Positions 35,998 to 43,730 of a DNA stretch of 43,730 nucleotides are shown here, in pieces. Numbering within the stretch: the stretch's first letter is position 1; every line of letters starts with the position of its first letter. The DNA comes from a virus. The notes beneath the pieces were generated by a model. The model was not told where the DNA came from and did no database searches. It worked only from the letters and a program-made list of their open reading frames with translations. The position numbers and the translations under genes are program-made. The DNA lies in UHGV virus genome UHGV-1360180; one strand, 5' to 3'.

Positions 35998-36247
35998 GCT
36001 TATATCCTCCGTATGACAACCACGCCTGACGAATCTGGCGCAGCGCAACTAATGTGATTAATGTCTCAGGCAACGTCGGTGACATGCTGCCCTGTAACAG
36101 GTGGATACACCCGGCGGCGCAGACAATAGCGGTCAGGATATAGAGCACACGCCCGAACAGCCCATCGTCAACGCTCGGATGATATACATTAAACAGAGAT
36201 GTGCCCCCGATTGCCAGCATACCGCCGAACCAGAATAACTCATTCAT
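35975..36247 (-). CDS. Holin-like membrane protein
   Basis: 90 aa, two hydrophobic helices, basic C-terminus; overlaps endolysin start. Confidence 0.5.
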   Translation of the reverse strand: MNELFWFGGMLAIGGTSLFNVYHPSVDDGLFGRVLYILTAIVCAAGCIHLLQGSMSPTLPETLITLVALRQIRQAWLSYGGYKRVSKYFR

Positions 36248-36548
36248 CTGTGCCTCCTCGACGTGCGATGTATTCTCCGGCGACGATACCGGAGAGACGG
36301 GAATAGATGGGCATCCAGAGAATTGCGATGATGAATCCGAGGCCAGCTATCTCACGCTCCCCGGTAATTCCAAACCATTGCGCTGCAAGAGGTGCACCAA
36401 ATACGGCGCAGGTGAAGCCGGTTGCAATAAAGCAGAATCCGTCGATAGGGCCGGAAATAACGGACTTATGTTGCCTTAGTCCGATTACCCCACCGGCGAG
36501 TGCGGCAGCCAGAAGCCACCCCGTCACTGTTTCAGTAAATTTATCCAA
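36240..36548 (-). CDS. Holin-like membrane protein
   Basis: 102 aa, three hydrophobic segments, charged C-terminus; immediately upstream of second holin-like gene and lysozyme. Confidence 0.5.
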   Translation of the reverse strand: MDKFTETVTGWLLAAALAGGVIGLRQHKSVISGPIDGFCFIATGFTCAVFGAPLAAQWFGITGEREIAGLGFIIAILWMPIYSRLSGIVAGEYIARRGGTDE

Positions 36549-36623
36549 GATGAATCCTCCAGGTGCGTATTAAGTATGCAGTAACTGGAGGATACCACGG
36601 GTAGGAATTATCTTAATAACGGT

Positions 36624-36956
36624 TTATTTATGTCTCCAGATGTATTGTCGTCTCTGCGGCTTCGTCGGAATATCATCGTATCCGAGCGATTTCCAGTAAT
36701 TAAATAACCGATTAGCGATAGCCGCGCGTTCCTGTGTTTTAAACTCACCAAGATTCACGGCCTTACCGTTCTGGAATCCACAGGCGCGGACCGCTTTGCG
36801 TCTGGCCTGAATCTCAGGGTACAGCGCGTTACGGCGGCGCTTGTATATCCGGGTGTTCGCTCTCGGTGAAAGCGGCGCAAGGCCGCTTCGTTTCAGGATG
36901 TCAGTTGCAAGGCTCATGTTCCACAATCTCCGCGAGTTGTATACCGTAATCCTCAA
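36624..36956 (-). CDS. Hypothetical basic protein
   Basis: 110 aa ORF. Confidence 0.3.
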   Translation of the reverse strand: MRITVYNSRRLWNMSLATDILKRSGLAPLSPRANTRIYKRRRNALYPEIQARRKAVRACGFQNGKAVNLGEFKTQERAAIANRLFNYWKSLGYDDIPTKPQRRQYIWRHK

Positions 36957-36998
36957 GCTGAATGATATCTGCTTTCATGATGTTGCCCAGTTGGACAA

Positions 36999-37274
36999 TC
37001 ATTTTTCCAATTTTAGGCCTGCGTTGTTAATTTGCTCGCGATAGTGGTCATCGACATACGGGCCGTGGTCGTTTGGGCAAGGACACGCTTTAATTTCAAT
37101 TTCTTCGCGTGATGCTCGCCACGCCAGAAACGTATAAACCTCTAATTCATCTCTCTCCTCATCGGAATAATATGGCCTGCCAAAATTATCACTAAACCAC
37201 TTTTCAAACTGCTCTCTACTCGTCATCTTCACTCCACCCCTTCCACATGTGTAACTGACCCACAGTTCGCGCAC
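36999..37274 (-). CDS. Hypothetical protein
   Basis: ORF track; real start probably internal Met (MTSREQFEKWF). Confidence 0.3.
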   Translation of the reverse strand: MRELWVSYTCGRGGVKMTSREQFEKWFSDNFGRPYYSDEERDELEVYTFLAWRASREEIEIKACPCPNDHGPYVDDHYREQINNAGLKLEK

Positions 37275-37483
37275 TCGACGTAATCCGGGAACTGGTCCTT
37301 GTATTTCTGTAACTCTTTTTGCTGTTCATCAATAATCCAGTCGCGATACGCCAACTCCGCGGCGATAGATGATTTACTGTTCAGACCCTCCTCTGTCATA
37401 GCCATAACATGTCTTGAATAATAATTGTTAGTCATGTCTAGCATTTCTAAATCGCGCTCTGCGTATAATTTAACCATAATCAT
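37229..37483 (-). CDS. Hypothetical protein
   Basis: 84 aa; C-terminal CANCG. Confidence 0.3.
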   Translation of the reverse strand: MIMVKLYAERDLEMLDMTNNYYSRHVMAMTEEGLNSKSSIAAELAYRDWIIDEQQKELQKYKDQFPDYVECANCGSVTHVEGVE

Positions 37484-37710
37484 TTCTCCTGTTTACCAAG
37501 TCGCTTGGGTGCGCAGATAGCGCGTACCTCCGAATCGTTGGGCTTGTCGCCCTGGAACAGGAAGTGCGCGTTCTCTGCGGCGCGTGCCGCTGACTGGCAC
37601 GCCTCCATCGAATAAAACGTTTCTGATGCTGCGAGTTGCATATGGCCTGCGGTCAGTACCCAGATAAATAAGATGCTGGTCATTTCTGAACGTCCCCGCA
37701 ATGCAGGCAC
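37480..37710 (-). CDS. Small secreted protein (putative)
   Basis: Signal-peptide-like MTSILFIWVLTAGHMQLAAS after internal Met. Confidence 0.3.
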   Translation of the reverse strand: MPALRGRSEMTSILFIWVLTAGHMQLAASETFYSMEACQSAARAAENAHFLFQGDKPNDSEVRAICAPKRLGKQEK

Positions 37711-38114
37711 CGTCTAGCACATATAGTTTCGTGATAGATATAATCGTGCTGGCATTGAGACCAATCCGTATCTTCCTTACGGCAACCAGATTGCTCCGGC
37801 GGTACAGGAGTCTTGGTACACCGACAATTTACCGTTGCCGCGGGCACATGTCCACCCACCACGTAACGCTGACCCCCATTGACGTACCCGCCTTTGCGTA
37901 TAAGTTTGTACGCCTCCACATCACCAGTAGCTTGGACCAGCGCCAGATGCAACTCCTTAATCTGCGCCGACGCGTCACGTAACTGATTCTTAAGTGACTG
38001 CACCTCGCGCTCCAGGTCTTCGCACTGGTTGCTATTTACCTGCTGCCGTAGTTGGTCAATCAAGTACTCGAATACTTCGTTTTTGTTACTCATCAGCTTC
38101 GCCCCTTTTCTCAT
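37680..38114 (-). CDS. Coiled-coil protein with Cys-rich C-terminus
   Basis: 144 aa; CRC...C...C..CLHCG cluster. Confidence 0.35.
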   Translation of the reverse strand: MRKGAKLMSNKNEVFEYLIDQLRQQVNSNQCEDLEREVQSLKNQLRDASAQIKELHLALVQATGDVEAYKLIRKGGYVNGGQRYVVGGHVPAATVNCRCTKTPVPPEQSGCRKEDTDWSQCQHDYIYHETICARRCLHCGDVQK

Positions 38115-38251
38115 CTACCCCGACTAGCAGCGATTTAGTGTCGCCGTTGCGCACCGAAGTGCTACCCAGTATTTCGTAAGCGTCTACCAGTTCGCCTAAA
38201 GTCCAGCTACCGTACCAGCCCATCTTCTGTCTCTCCCCTCATCTGTGTATA

Positions 38252-38283
38252 TGAATAGTAGCCTATTCTATCTTAGTGTGCAA
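38252..38283 (-). promoter_or_regulatory. Promoter of the TTGCAC-N17-TACTAT class (variant) with AATAGTAGCCTATT palindrome
   Basis: Reverse complement CTTGCACACTAAGATAGAATAGGCTACTATTCA. Confidence 0.4.
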
Positions 38284-38598
38284 GTAAATTTTATTGGTGT
38301 TTTAGGGATAAGCGTTCGCTACGAATCCAGTAGTACCTCGGGCGTCTCGCCCACTGACGCCATCGCATAACACGGTACTTGTTGCCGTCTGACGCAACGA
38401 TAAGCCCGAATCGCTTTTCTCCGTTTCTACCGGTCCAGGTTACGATGTCATTCAGTTTCATTGTTGCATCTCTCGCAATAGTTGCTTCGATTGTTGCGTT
38501 TGGTGAAATAGAACAGAAATGAGAAAAATGATACGCTGCTACACAGCAGCGTAAGTCACTCAGTAAAATAGTAACCTATTGACCTGTTACACCACCTG

Positions 38599-38796
38599 TT
38601 ATACCAGCGATGGCGGCTCAGGTAACGGCATCCAGTGGGTTACATCGTCAATATCGATGTTTGAGTTACGCGGCGCCCAACAATCCCAGAAACCGTCGCA
38701 GTCCCACCACATAACCTCGACGTTATCTCCATCTGAAACAAGAACATCTTCAAAATCACCAGGCATACGCTCACTACACTTAACCCACTCGCTCAT
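38599..38796 (-). CDS. DUF551-like phage protein
   Basis: WVKCSERMP ... HWMPLPEPP pattern recalled from DUF551-family proteins. Confidence 0.45.
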   Translation of the reverse strand: MSEWVKCSERMPGDFEDVLVSDGDNVEVMWWDCDGFWDCWAPRNSNIDIDDVTHWMPLPEPPSLV

Positions 38797-38939
38797 ATCT
38801 CACCTCGTATTCATCGCAGTTCGAACACCAGCTTTCCACGCCCGCCACGCGAGACGCGTCTTAACGTTCAGGTACTCTTTCTTTGAACCCTTGTTAACCG
38901 GCAACCCCTCGACGACGGCCCACCGTTCGAATGCTTCTC

Positions 38940-39134
38940 TCATAGCTCCACCACGTGGTGTTTAAGGAAACTGATTAACTTGTACTCTCGGTACTGCGCT
39001 ACCGCCTTAGCGTGAGCCAAATTACACGACTTCCAAGGGGTGTATTTCGCCTTTTCCCAGCATTCAACACCAAACTCGGCAGCATGCAGACTGCCAATCA
39101 GACGGCGTAATCGGAATTCGTTATATGGACTCAT
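38940..39134 (-). CDS. Hypothetical protein
   Basis: 64 aa ORF. Confidence 0.3.
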   Translation of the reverse strand: MSPYNEFRLRRLIGSLHAAEFGVECWEKAKYTPWKSCNLAHAKAVAQYREYKLISFLKHHVVEL

Positions 39135-39194
39135 ACCAACCCCCGCAACGCGTGCGCCACATAAACGGCGCTGACAATTAAAATGAACGGGTAA

Positions 39195-39383
39195 TTATTC
39201 ACGGCAACCTCCCTCAGAGTCGTCGGCACGAGCATCATGATTCGATGCCGTTCTTGATTTAAATTCTGCGTTGAAACCCAATTTTGCTAACGCAACACAA
39301 TGGTCAAACGCCTCGCCTCTGCTTCTTGTTGAATAACTGAATCTACCACCTACATATACGTCGTAAATTAATTCACCCATCAC
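39195..39383 (-). CDS. Hypothetical protein
   Basis: 62 aa ORF. Confidence 0.3.
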   Translation of the reverse strand: MMGELIYDVYVGGRFSYSTRSRGEAFDHCVALAKLGFNAEFKSRTASNHDARADDSEGGCRE

Positions 39384-39580
39384 TTCACCCCTTTGAATTT
39401 AAAATTGTTGCCGATGAGTTTCATTTCATACTCTCGGTAATACGCCGCTGAACTTAACCCATGCTCCCTGAGTAAGCTAACAACATAAGAACTTCGGTAC
39501 ACTGCCGATTTCTTTTCAATAATACCGAAGCTACCATATATAGTTTTCACTAACTGACCCTTCTTAAACATAACACCCAC
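39380..39580 (-). CDS. Hypothetical protein, first gene of leftward early operon
   Basis: 66 aa; GAGGA RBS; directly downstream of minus-strand conserved promoter. Confidence 0.35.
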   Translation of the reverse strand: MGVMFKKGQLVKTIYGSFGIIEKKSAVYRSSYVVSLLREHGLSSAAYYREYEMKLIGNNFKFKGVK

Positions 39581-39601
39581 TCCTCTGTCTCGTTTCGATA
39601 A

Positions 39602-39634
39602 GTGAATAGTATCCTATTATGTTGGGGTGTGCAA
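39602..39634 (-). promoter_or_regulatory. Conserved 33-bp promoter (TTGCAC-N17-TACTAT), leftward early promoter
   Basis: Reverse complement TTGCACACCCCAACATAATAGGATACTATTCAC. Confidence 0.5.
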
Positions 39635-39882
39635 GAGAATAGTTACGTTGCCGTTGTGATTCTTTGGGGAAGGTTGCGCCTTTATTCTTATTACTTGGTA
39701 ACTAAAGGGCAGGCCTTAAGCCTGCCCAATAATCGTTACATTTTTACGGTTGCGAATCTACGGCACATTAAGAAAATCATATACTTAAGAGATATGCTGC
39801 CGATGAGAATAGAGCTTGCCCATGGCAACCGGAGATACTTAGGAAGGAAAGTTACGATAATTCTCATGTTCAGTAAGCCTGT

Positions 39883-39914
39883 GTTTAACCCTTTGCTTGT
39901 CGCACGGGTTAAAC
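39883..39914. other. Stem-loop with 9-bp stem in divergent intergenic region
   Basis: GTTTAACCC-14 nt-GGGTTAAAC; second hairpin GGGCAGGC-CTTAA-GCCTGCCC at 39707-39727. Confidence 0.4.
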
Positions 39915-40004
39915 ATTCTTACAAGGTGAACAGGAATCAAAGTAACTAAGATATAGAAGCACCTTAAACGAAGATTTTCTTAATGTCAATAGGTGCGATT
40001 ATGT

Positions 40005-40033
40005 TTGATTTCCCATTATTCGCAATGTATACT
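40005..40033 (+). promoter_or_regulatory. Sigma70-like promoter TTGATT-N17-TATACT (rightward)
   Basis: Upstream of HTH gene; spacing 17. Confidence 0.4.
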
Positions 40034-40065
40034 TGGTTTCGTTAACTGATAATGAGGGTTTGAGA

Positions 40066-40236
40066 ATGACACAGAATGAGGTAGCGGAGCGTATAGGAGT
40101 TACTCGTCGCACGCTGAATAACTGGTTAAAGAGCGGGAAGTTCCCGGATTGCTGTATTCGCATTATGGGTCGCCGTCAGCCAGGTACGTTTGACCCGGAG
40201 AAGGTGGAAGCGTGGATTAAGGAGAACGTGAAATGA
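40066..40236 (+). CDS. Helix-turn-helix DNA-binding protein (excisionase/AlpA-like fold)
   Basis: ORF track 40033..40236 (TTG); likely ATG at 40066 after GAGGG. EVAERIGVTRRTLNNWLKSGKFP HTH signature. Confidence 0.5.
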   Translation: MTQNEVAERIGVTRRTLNNWLKSGKFPDCCIRIMGRRQPGTFDPEKVEAWIKENVK

Positions 40237-40466
40237 CCGAGTTCCAGTCACGCGTATTTACGGCGGTCGTTTCGTTAACACGTAAAAAAGGGTCGTGCAG
40301 CGTTATCGACTTGCGCCGCAGTTATTTTAAGTACTATAGTTCTGCCATTATTGAAGGGTCATTGAGGGTACTGGTTAAATCTGGTGCCGTGAAAAATGTT
40401 GGTGGGAAATATAGTGCCGTTGCCGAAGTTCGCGGAATGACAGCCACTTTAGAAGACCTGGAATAA
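40233..40466 (+). CDS. Hypothetical protein
   Basis: 77 aa, ATGA-coupled. Confidence 0.4.
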   Translation: MTEFQSRVFTAVVSLTRKKGSCSVIDLRRSYFKYYSSAIIEGSLRVLVKSGAVKNVGGKYSAVAEVRGMTATLEDLE

Positions 40467-40524
40467 AAGAAAGCCCCGACGCGGTGAACGCCGAGGCCAA
40501 ATTACTTGCTGAAGGAAATACAAC

Positions 40525-42792
40525 ATGTCCGATGTAATTTTATCCTACTCGTGGTCCCGTCGCAACGCGCGGGCAGAGAAAAAGGATATAAACGTCAGAA
40601 CCACTCACACGGCAACACTGGACGACCTGAAAGAGCTACTCCAGCCGCTTGATGCTGTCCGTGATGGGGTTAACCCGAAGACCGCGCCGGGATATATCAC
40701 CGCCGCGTGCGACTCGACACACAGCACCGTAAAAGACCCGGAAACAGGTGACTTTAAGCATGCGCGTAAAGGCTTCTTCTATCGCTGTGACGCGTCTGTA
40801 ACTAAATCGTCACTGGCGTATCTTGACTTCGACAGCGCAACGCCGGAAGAGTACCAGGAAGCAGTGCGCCTGGTTAAGCGAGGCCGTAAAGCCATGTGCG
40901 TTTACACCACGGCATCCCATACCGATGAGTCTCCACGCTTTCGCGTCGTCATGCCGCTGGCCCGCCCGGTCGAAGGCGGTGACATCATCCGCGTACGTCA
41001 CGGGTTGCTGGAGCACTTCTTCAAAGGCATGGGCGCGGACCGCAGCGGGTTTACTCTGTCCCAGCCGATGTACCTGCCACCGGTCGGCTCTCAGGTTATC
41101 TGGTCGCGCCGAAACGACCTGATTGACCCTGACGAGTTACTGGAAGGCGTACCGGATTACGAGGTGAGCAGCGCATCTGACTACCAGATACCGGAAGAAC
41201 TGCGCACCGCGTTTACGGACGCGTTCGAAGCACTGGCGTTCGAGTATGGTGGCGTCATGACGCCCCGCGGTCTGAAGATGCCAGCTACGCCAGAACACGC
41301 AGAGAACTACAGCGACCCGACGCCGCGTCCGGACGACTTCCTGCTATGCTTCCCACGTGAAGGGTACGAAGCGCCTAACGTAACCATGATTCACGACACC
41401 GACATTACGGCAACCGAAGGCATGTCACCGAAAGAGGTGTGGAAGTATGCGTGCGATGCGACTGGGCTGCCGTTCAGTGAAGTCGCTGAGGCAATTGGCT
41501 GGGGCGCGCGTGAATCAGTTTCATGCAGCCTCGACGACCTAGAAGACGACGAGGACCCAGAGGAGGACGAGCTACCGGAACCGGTAAAGGCTGATTTCGT
41601 CGTCGAAGGGTATGTGCCATCAGATTGTATCTGGGATATCGTCGGGGAATCTGGCACGTACAAATCGTTTTATACACTGGGGATGATGTACCTTAGCGCC
41701 GCAGGATACCGGTTTGCGGGAGCTGATACGCAGCGTTGCCACCATTTTTATATCGACGGTGAGGGCGGCGCAGCTACCCGCACACGTATAGATGCACTCG
41801 CGGCTAAATATGGCGAGGAAGGTAAAGATTATGTACATGTTATCGACATGGGCGAAGTCGGAAAACTGAAAAACCTGATTAAGTTAATGCGTGAAACTGC
41901 GGGTGACGAGCCAATTGGCATGGTCGCATTCGACACCCTTAACCAGACGCTGGCCCTGACGATTGATAAGTTCGACGAGAACAGTTCATCGACGGCAATC
42001 GGCATGGGTAAAGTCATTGCCATCCTGAAAGAAGTACGTGATGCGACTAAAGCTGCGGTAGGCGTTGTCCACCATACGCCGAAGGGTGGAAAGAAGGCCC
42101 GTGGCAGTGGGGCGCTGTATGCGGGCGTCGACGTGGAGCTGACAATCGAACGCGCTACCGACCGCCAGATAAACGTATACCACTCTAAATTTAAGCACGG
42201 GCCTCAACAGAAGACGGTTGGTATGGTGTTGGAGTCAGTACAGTTCCGTGAAGCCCCGCCGCCGAAAGAGTATCGCGCGGTTGAGTTCCTGGGTAGCACA
42301 GAGGAATACGGCACAATCGTAAACCTCGACCTGCCTGAACCGCACAAGGCGCTTGTACTGATGCCGTGGGGCTTCGAGCCGTTCAAAACTGACGAGGAGA
42401 AAGAGCGGGAAGAAGGGCTGACAAAGGAAGGTAAAGAAAACGTACGTAAAACCGTAGAGAACGCCGTCAACAGTTCGGAAGCCACGATACTGGCAGCGTT
42501 TGAACTGGCAGAAGGAACCTACAACGGCAATGAAGGTATCACGGTGGCCGCAGCGAATAAGCTCGCTCAGTCAGACCCCAACGCAAAGGCGTTTAACTCC
42601 AAAGAAGCCATAGAACGCGGGAAGATTAAGAAAATGGTTGAGGCCGGGTATCTTGTTCCGGGGACTGACGAAAACAATCAGATAATACCTGGCCGCTACC
42701 GGCTTAACACCAGGATAACGGATAACAAGATTCCGAAGACAATATACGAACCGAATGAAATGCTGGTGGTGACAGCGGAGGATTTGGAATAG
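40525..42792 (+). CDS. Primase-helicase (primase-polymerase-like N-domain fused to RecA-like/RepA-like ATPase)
   Basis: 755 aa; DxD-type acidic motif LAYLDFDS and HTDESPRFRVVMPL; C-terminal Walker A-like GESGTYKS, Walker B MVAFDTL, HHTPKGG. Confidence 0.65.
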   Translation: MSDVILSYSWSRRNARAEKKDINVRTTHTATLDDLKELLQPLDAVRDGVNPKTAPGYITAACDSTHSTVKDPETGDFKHARKGFFYRCDASVTKSSLAYLDFDSATPEEYQEAVRLVKRGRKAMCVYTTASHTDESPRFRVVMPLARPVEGGDIIRVRHGLLEHFFKGMGADRSGFTLSQPMYLPPVGSQVIWSRRNDLIDPDELLEGVPDYEVSSASDYQIPEELRTAFTDAFEALAFEYGGVMTPRGLKMPATPEHAENYSDPTPRPDDFLLCFPREGYEAPNVTMIHDTDITATEGMSPKEVWKYACDATGLPFSEVAEAIGWGARESVSCSLDDLEDDEDPEEDELPEPVKADFVVEGYVPSDCIWDIVGESGTYKSFYTLGMMYLSAAGYRFAGADTQRCHHFYIDGEGGAATRTRIDALAAKYGEEGKDYVHVIDMGEVGKLKNLIKLMRETAGDEPIGMVAFDTLNQTLALTIDKFDENSSSTAIGMGKVIAILKEVRDATKAAVGVVHHTPKGGKKARGSGALYAGVDVELTIERATDRQINVYHSKFKHGPQQKTVGMVLESVQFREAPPPKEYRAVEFLGSTEEYGTIVNLDLPEPHKALVLMPWGFEPFKTDEEKEREEGLTKEGKENVRKTVENAVNSSEATILAAFELAEGTYNGNEGITVAAANKLAQSDPNAKAFNSKEAIERGKIKKMVEAGYLVPGTDENNQIIPGRYRLNTRITDNKIPKTIYEPNEMLVVTAEDLE

Positions 42793-42803
42793 GTAAAAAG
42801 AAA

Positions 42804-42818
42804 GGGGCGTTAAGCCCC
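42804..42818. terminator. Terminator hairpin shared by convergent genes
   Basis: GGGGC-GTTAA-GCCCC preceded by A-run, overlapping stop of repressor gene. Confidence 0.4.
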
Positions 42819-43025
42819 TTCACCGAACGCCAACCACTTGGCGTCTACTTGCAGCACTTCCGCCAGTTTAAACAGCGTCGCCGGGCGGACGTCCTGAGTT
42901 ACCCCGAGCGCAAGCTGGTTAATCGCGCCCTGGGAAACGCCGGCCAGGACCGCAAGACGGCGCTGGGAGATGCCTAGTTCTTTACGGCGTTGTTCTACAC
43001 GGATGCCTAGTTCGGATGGTTGCAT
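42810..43025 (-). CDS. XRE-family HTH transcriptional regulator (Cro/CI-like)
   Basis: 71 aa; LGISQRRLAVLAGVSQGAINQLALG HTH; AAGGAG RBS. Confidence 0.7.
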   Translation of the reverse strand: MQPSELGIRVEQRRKELGISQRRLAVLAGVSQGAINQLALGVTQDVRPATLFKLAEVLQVDAKWLAFGEGA

Positions 43026-43055
43026 GTCGATTACTCCTTAGTCAGTTGATATGTG

Positions 43056-43118
43056 AATAGTACCATATTAATTATTTTAGAAAAGCCCATTGACAAGTGA
43101 ATAGTTCGCTATTATAGT
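43056..43118. promoter_or_regulatory. Divergent control region with two operator-like palindromes and rightward TTGACA-N17-TATAGT promoter
   Basis: AATAGTACCATATT 43056-43069 next to repressor gene start; AATAGTTCGCTATT 43100-43113 within spacer of promoter TTGACA 43090-43095 / TATAGT 43113-43118. Confidence 0.45.
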
Positions 43119-43149
43119 TAGCCCATACCAAACGAGAGGAGAGAAACAA

Positions 43150-43677
43150 ATGTTAGAGAAATTCTTAGTATTACTGGAACGTTTCGTAGTTGCGCATGAA
43201 CTGATTGCTGCGAATAGCGTGAAACAAGCATCATCGAAAGAACTGGACACAAAACTAAATATCGCCATTGCCAAGCACGAGGTGGCTAAAGAGAAACTTG
43301 AACTCGAACATACATTAGAATTACAAAAATCCAGCATTAAAAAAGAAATCCCGGTAGAAGGTGAAGACGTCGTTGACACTAAACCAGAAGAAGAGAAGCC
43401 TAAACGTAAGCCACGTAAAGCTAAAGTAGAGGAGCCGACGCCAGAGCCGGAAGAAGAGAAAGAAGAAGTCGATTACCAGTCTCTGCGTGACCAGATTCAG
43501 GCTATTGATGATGCGATTAACGAAGGTCCGAGCGATGCAGCGTGCGATGATTCTGATGAACTGCTGGAAGAGTTCACCGGTAAGAAAATGAAGATTGCCG
43601 CGATTAAAGACGAAGACCTGGCTGAATACCTGGAACGCCTGACGGCAATCAAGAACAAGTACTTCGAAGAAGAATAA
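43150..43677 (+). CDS. Highly acidic protein, function unknown
   Basis: 175 aa; GAGAGGAGAG RBS; Glu/Asp-rich C-terminal half, KPKRKPRKAK basic patch. Confidence 0.45.
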   Translation: MLEKFLVLLERFVVAHELIAANSVKQASSKELDTKLNIAIAKHEVAKEKLELEHTLELQKSSIKKEIPVEGEDVVDTKPEEEKPKRKPRKAKVEEPTPEPEEEKEEVDYQSLRDQIQAIDDAINEGPSDAACDDSDELLEEFTGKKMKIAAIKDEDLAEYLERLTAIKNKYFEEE

Positions 43678-43685
43678 CTATCTCG

Positions 43686-43707
43686 CGGCCTTCTGGCCGC
43701 TTTAACT
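43686..43707 (+). terminator. Rho-independent terminator
   Basis: GCGGCC-TTCT-GGCCGC followed by TTTAACT. Confidence 0.4.
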
Positions 43708-43730
43708 GAGGGTCGGAATTATGATTTACC

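Noticed and set aside
39602-39949. 115-aa plus-strand ORF spanning the divergent intergenic region
   Set aside because: Starts inside the minus-strand promoter, runs through two hairpins, has no RBS and a low-complexity translation; more likely noncoding regulatory or origin DNA.
42810-43118. Lysogeny module (repressor plus integrase) implying a temperate lifestyle
   Set aside because: Only a Cro-sized XRE regulator is present; no integrase, excisionase-integrase pair, attachment-site repeat or CI-like peptidase domain was found in the window, so the regulator is interpreted as a lytic-cycle transcriptional switch.
1-43730. CRISPR arrays, transposases or insertion sequences
   Set aside because: No regularly spaced direct repeats and no transposase-like ORFs; the only repeated elements are the promoters, palindromes and GGCCCC-type terminators described above.

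Overview
This window reads as a near-complete, possibly complete, genome of a virulent siphovirus-type phage of about 43.7 kb, organised as two divergent arms around an AT-rich intergenic region at 39635-40004. All calls rest on reading the ORF translations and the DNA by eye; no database search was possible, so family names are motif-based. The rightward (+) arm carries regulation and replication: a HTH protein and a primase-helicase (40066-42792), then after the window junction a PD-(D/E)xK exonuclease, SSB-like protein, family A DNA polymerase, VRR-NUC nuclease, C5-cytosine methyltransferase and SNF2-like helicase (260-8013). The leftward (-) arm carries small early genes, a holin/endolysin cassette (35509-36548), terminase, portal, head morphogenesis, spanins, scaffold, major capsid, head-tail and tail genes, ending in an esterase-type tailspike (8263-10182). 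Three short plus-strand islands interrupt the minus-strand structural block, each bracketed by a near-identical 33-bp promoter and a GGCCCC-loop-GGGGCC terminator. The most notable content is: (1) one island encoding a transporter-like membrane protein plus a TGT/DpdA-like protein, suggesting 7-deazaguanine DNA modification; (2) one island encoding a HTH-fused SbcD/Mre11-like metallophosphoesterase; (3) a palindrome AATAG-N4-CTATT embedded in at least nine promoter-like sites next to a Cro-sized XRE repressor gene; (4) a methyltransferase gene whose conserved motifs sit in two different reading frames. No tRNA, CRISPR array, integrase or transposase was recognised.
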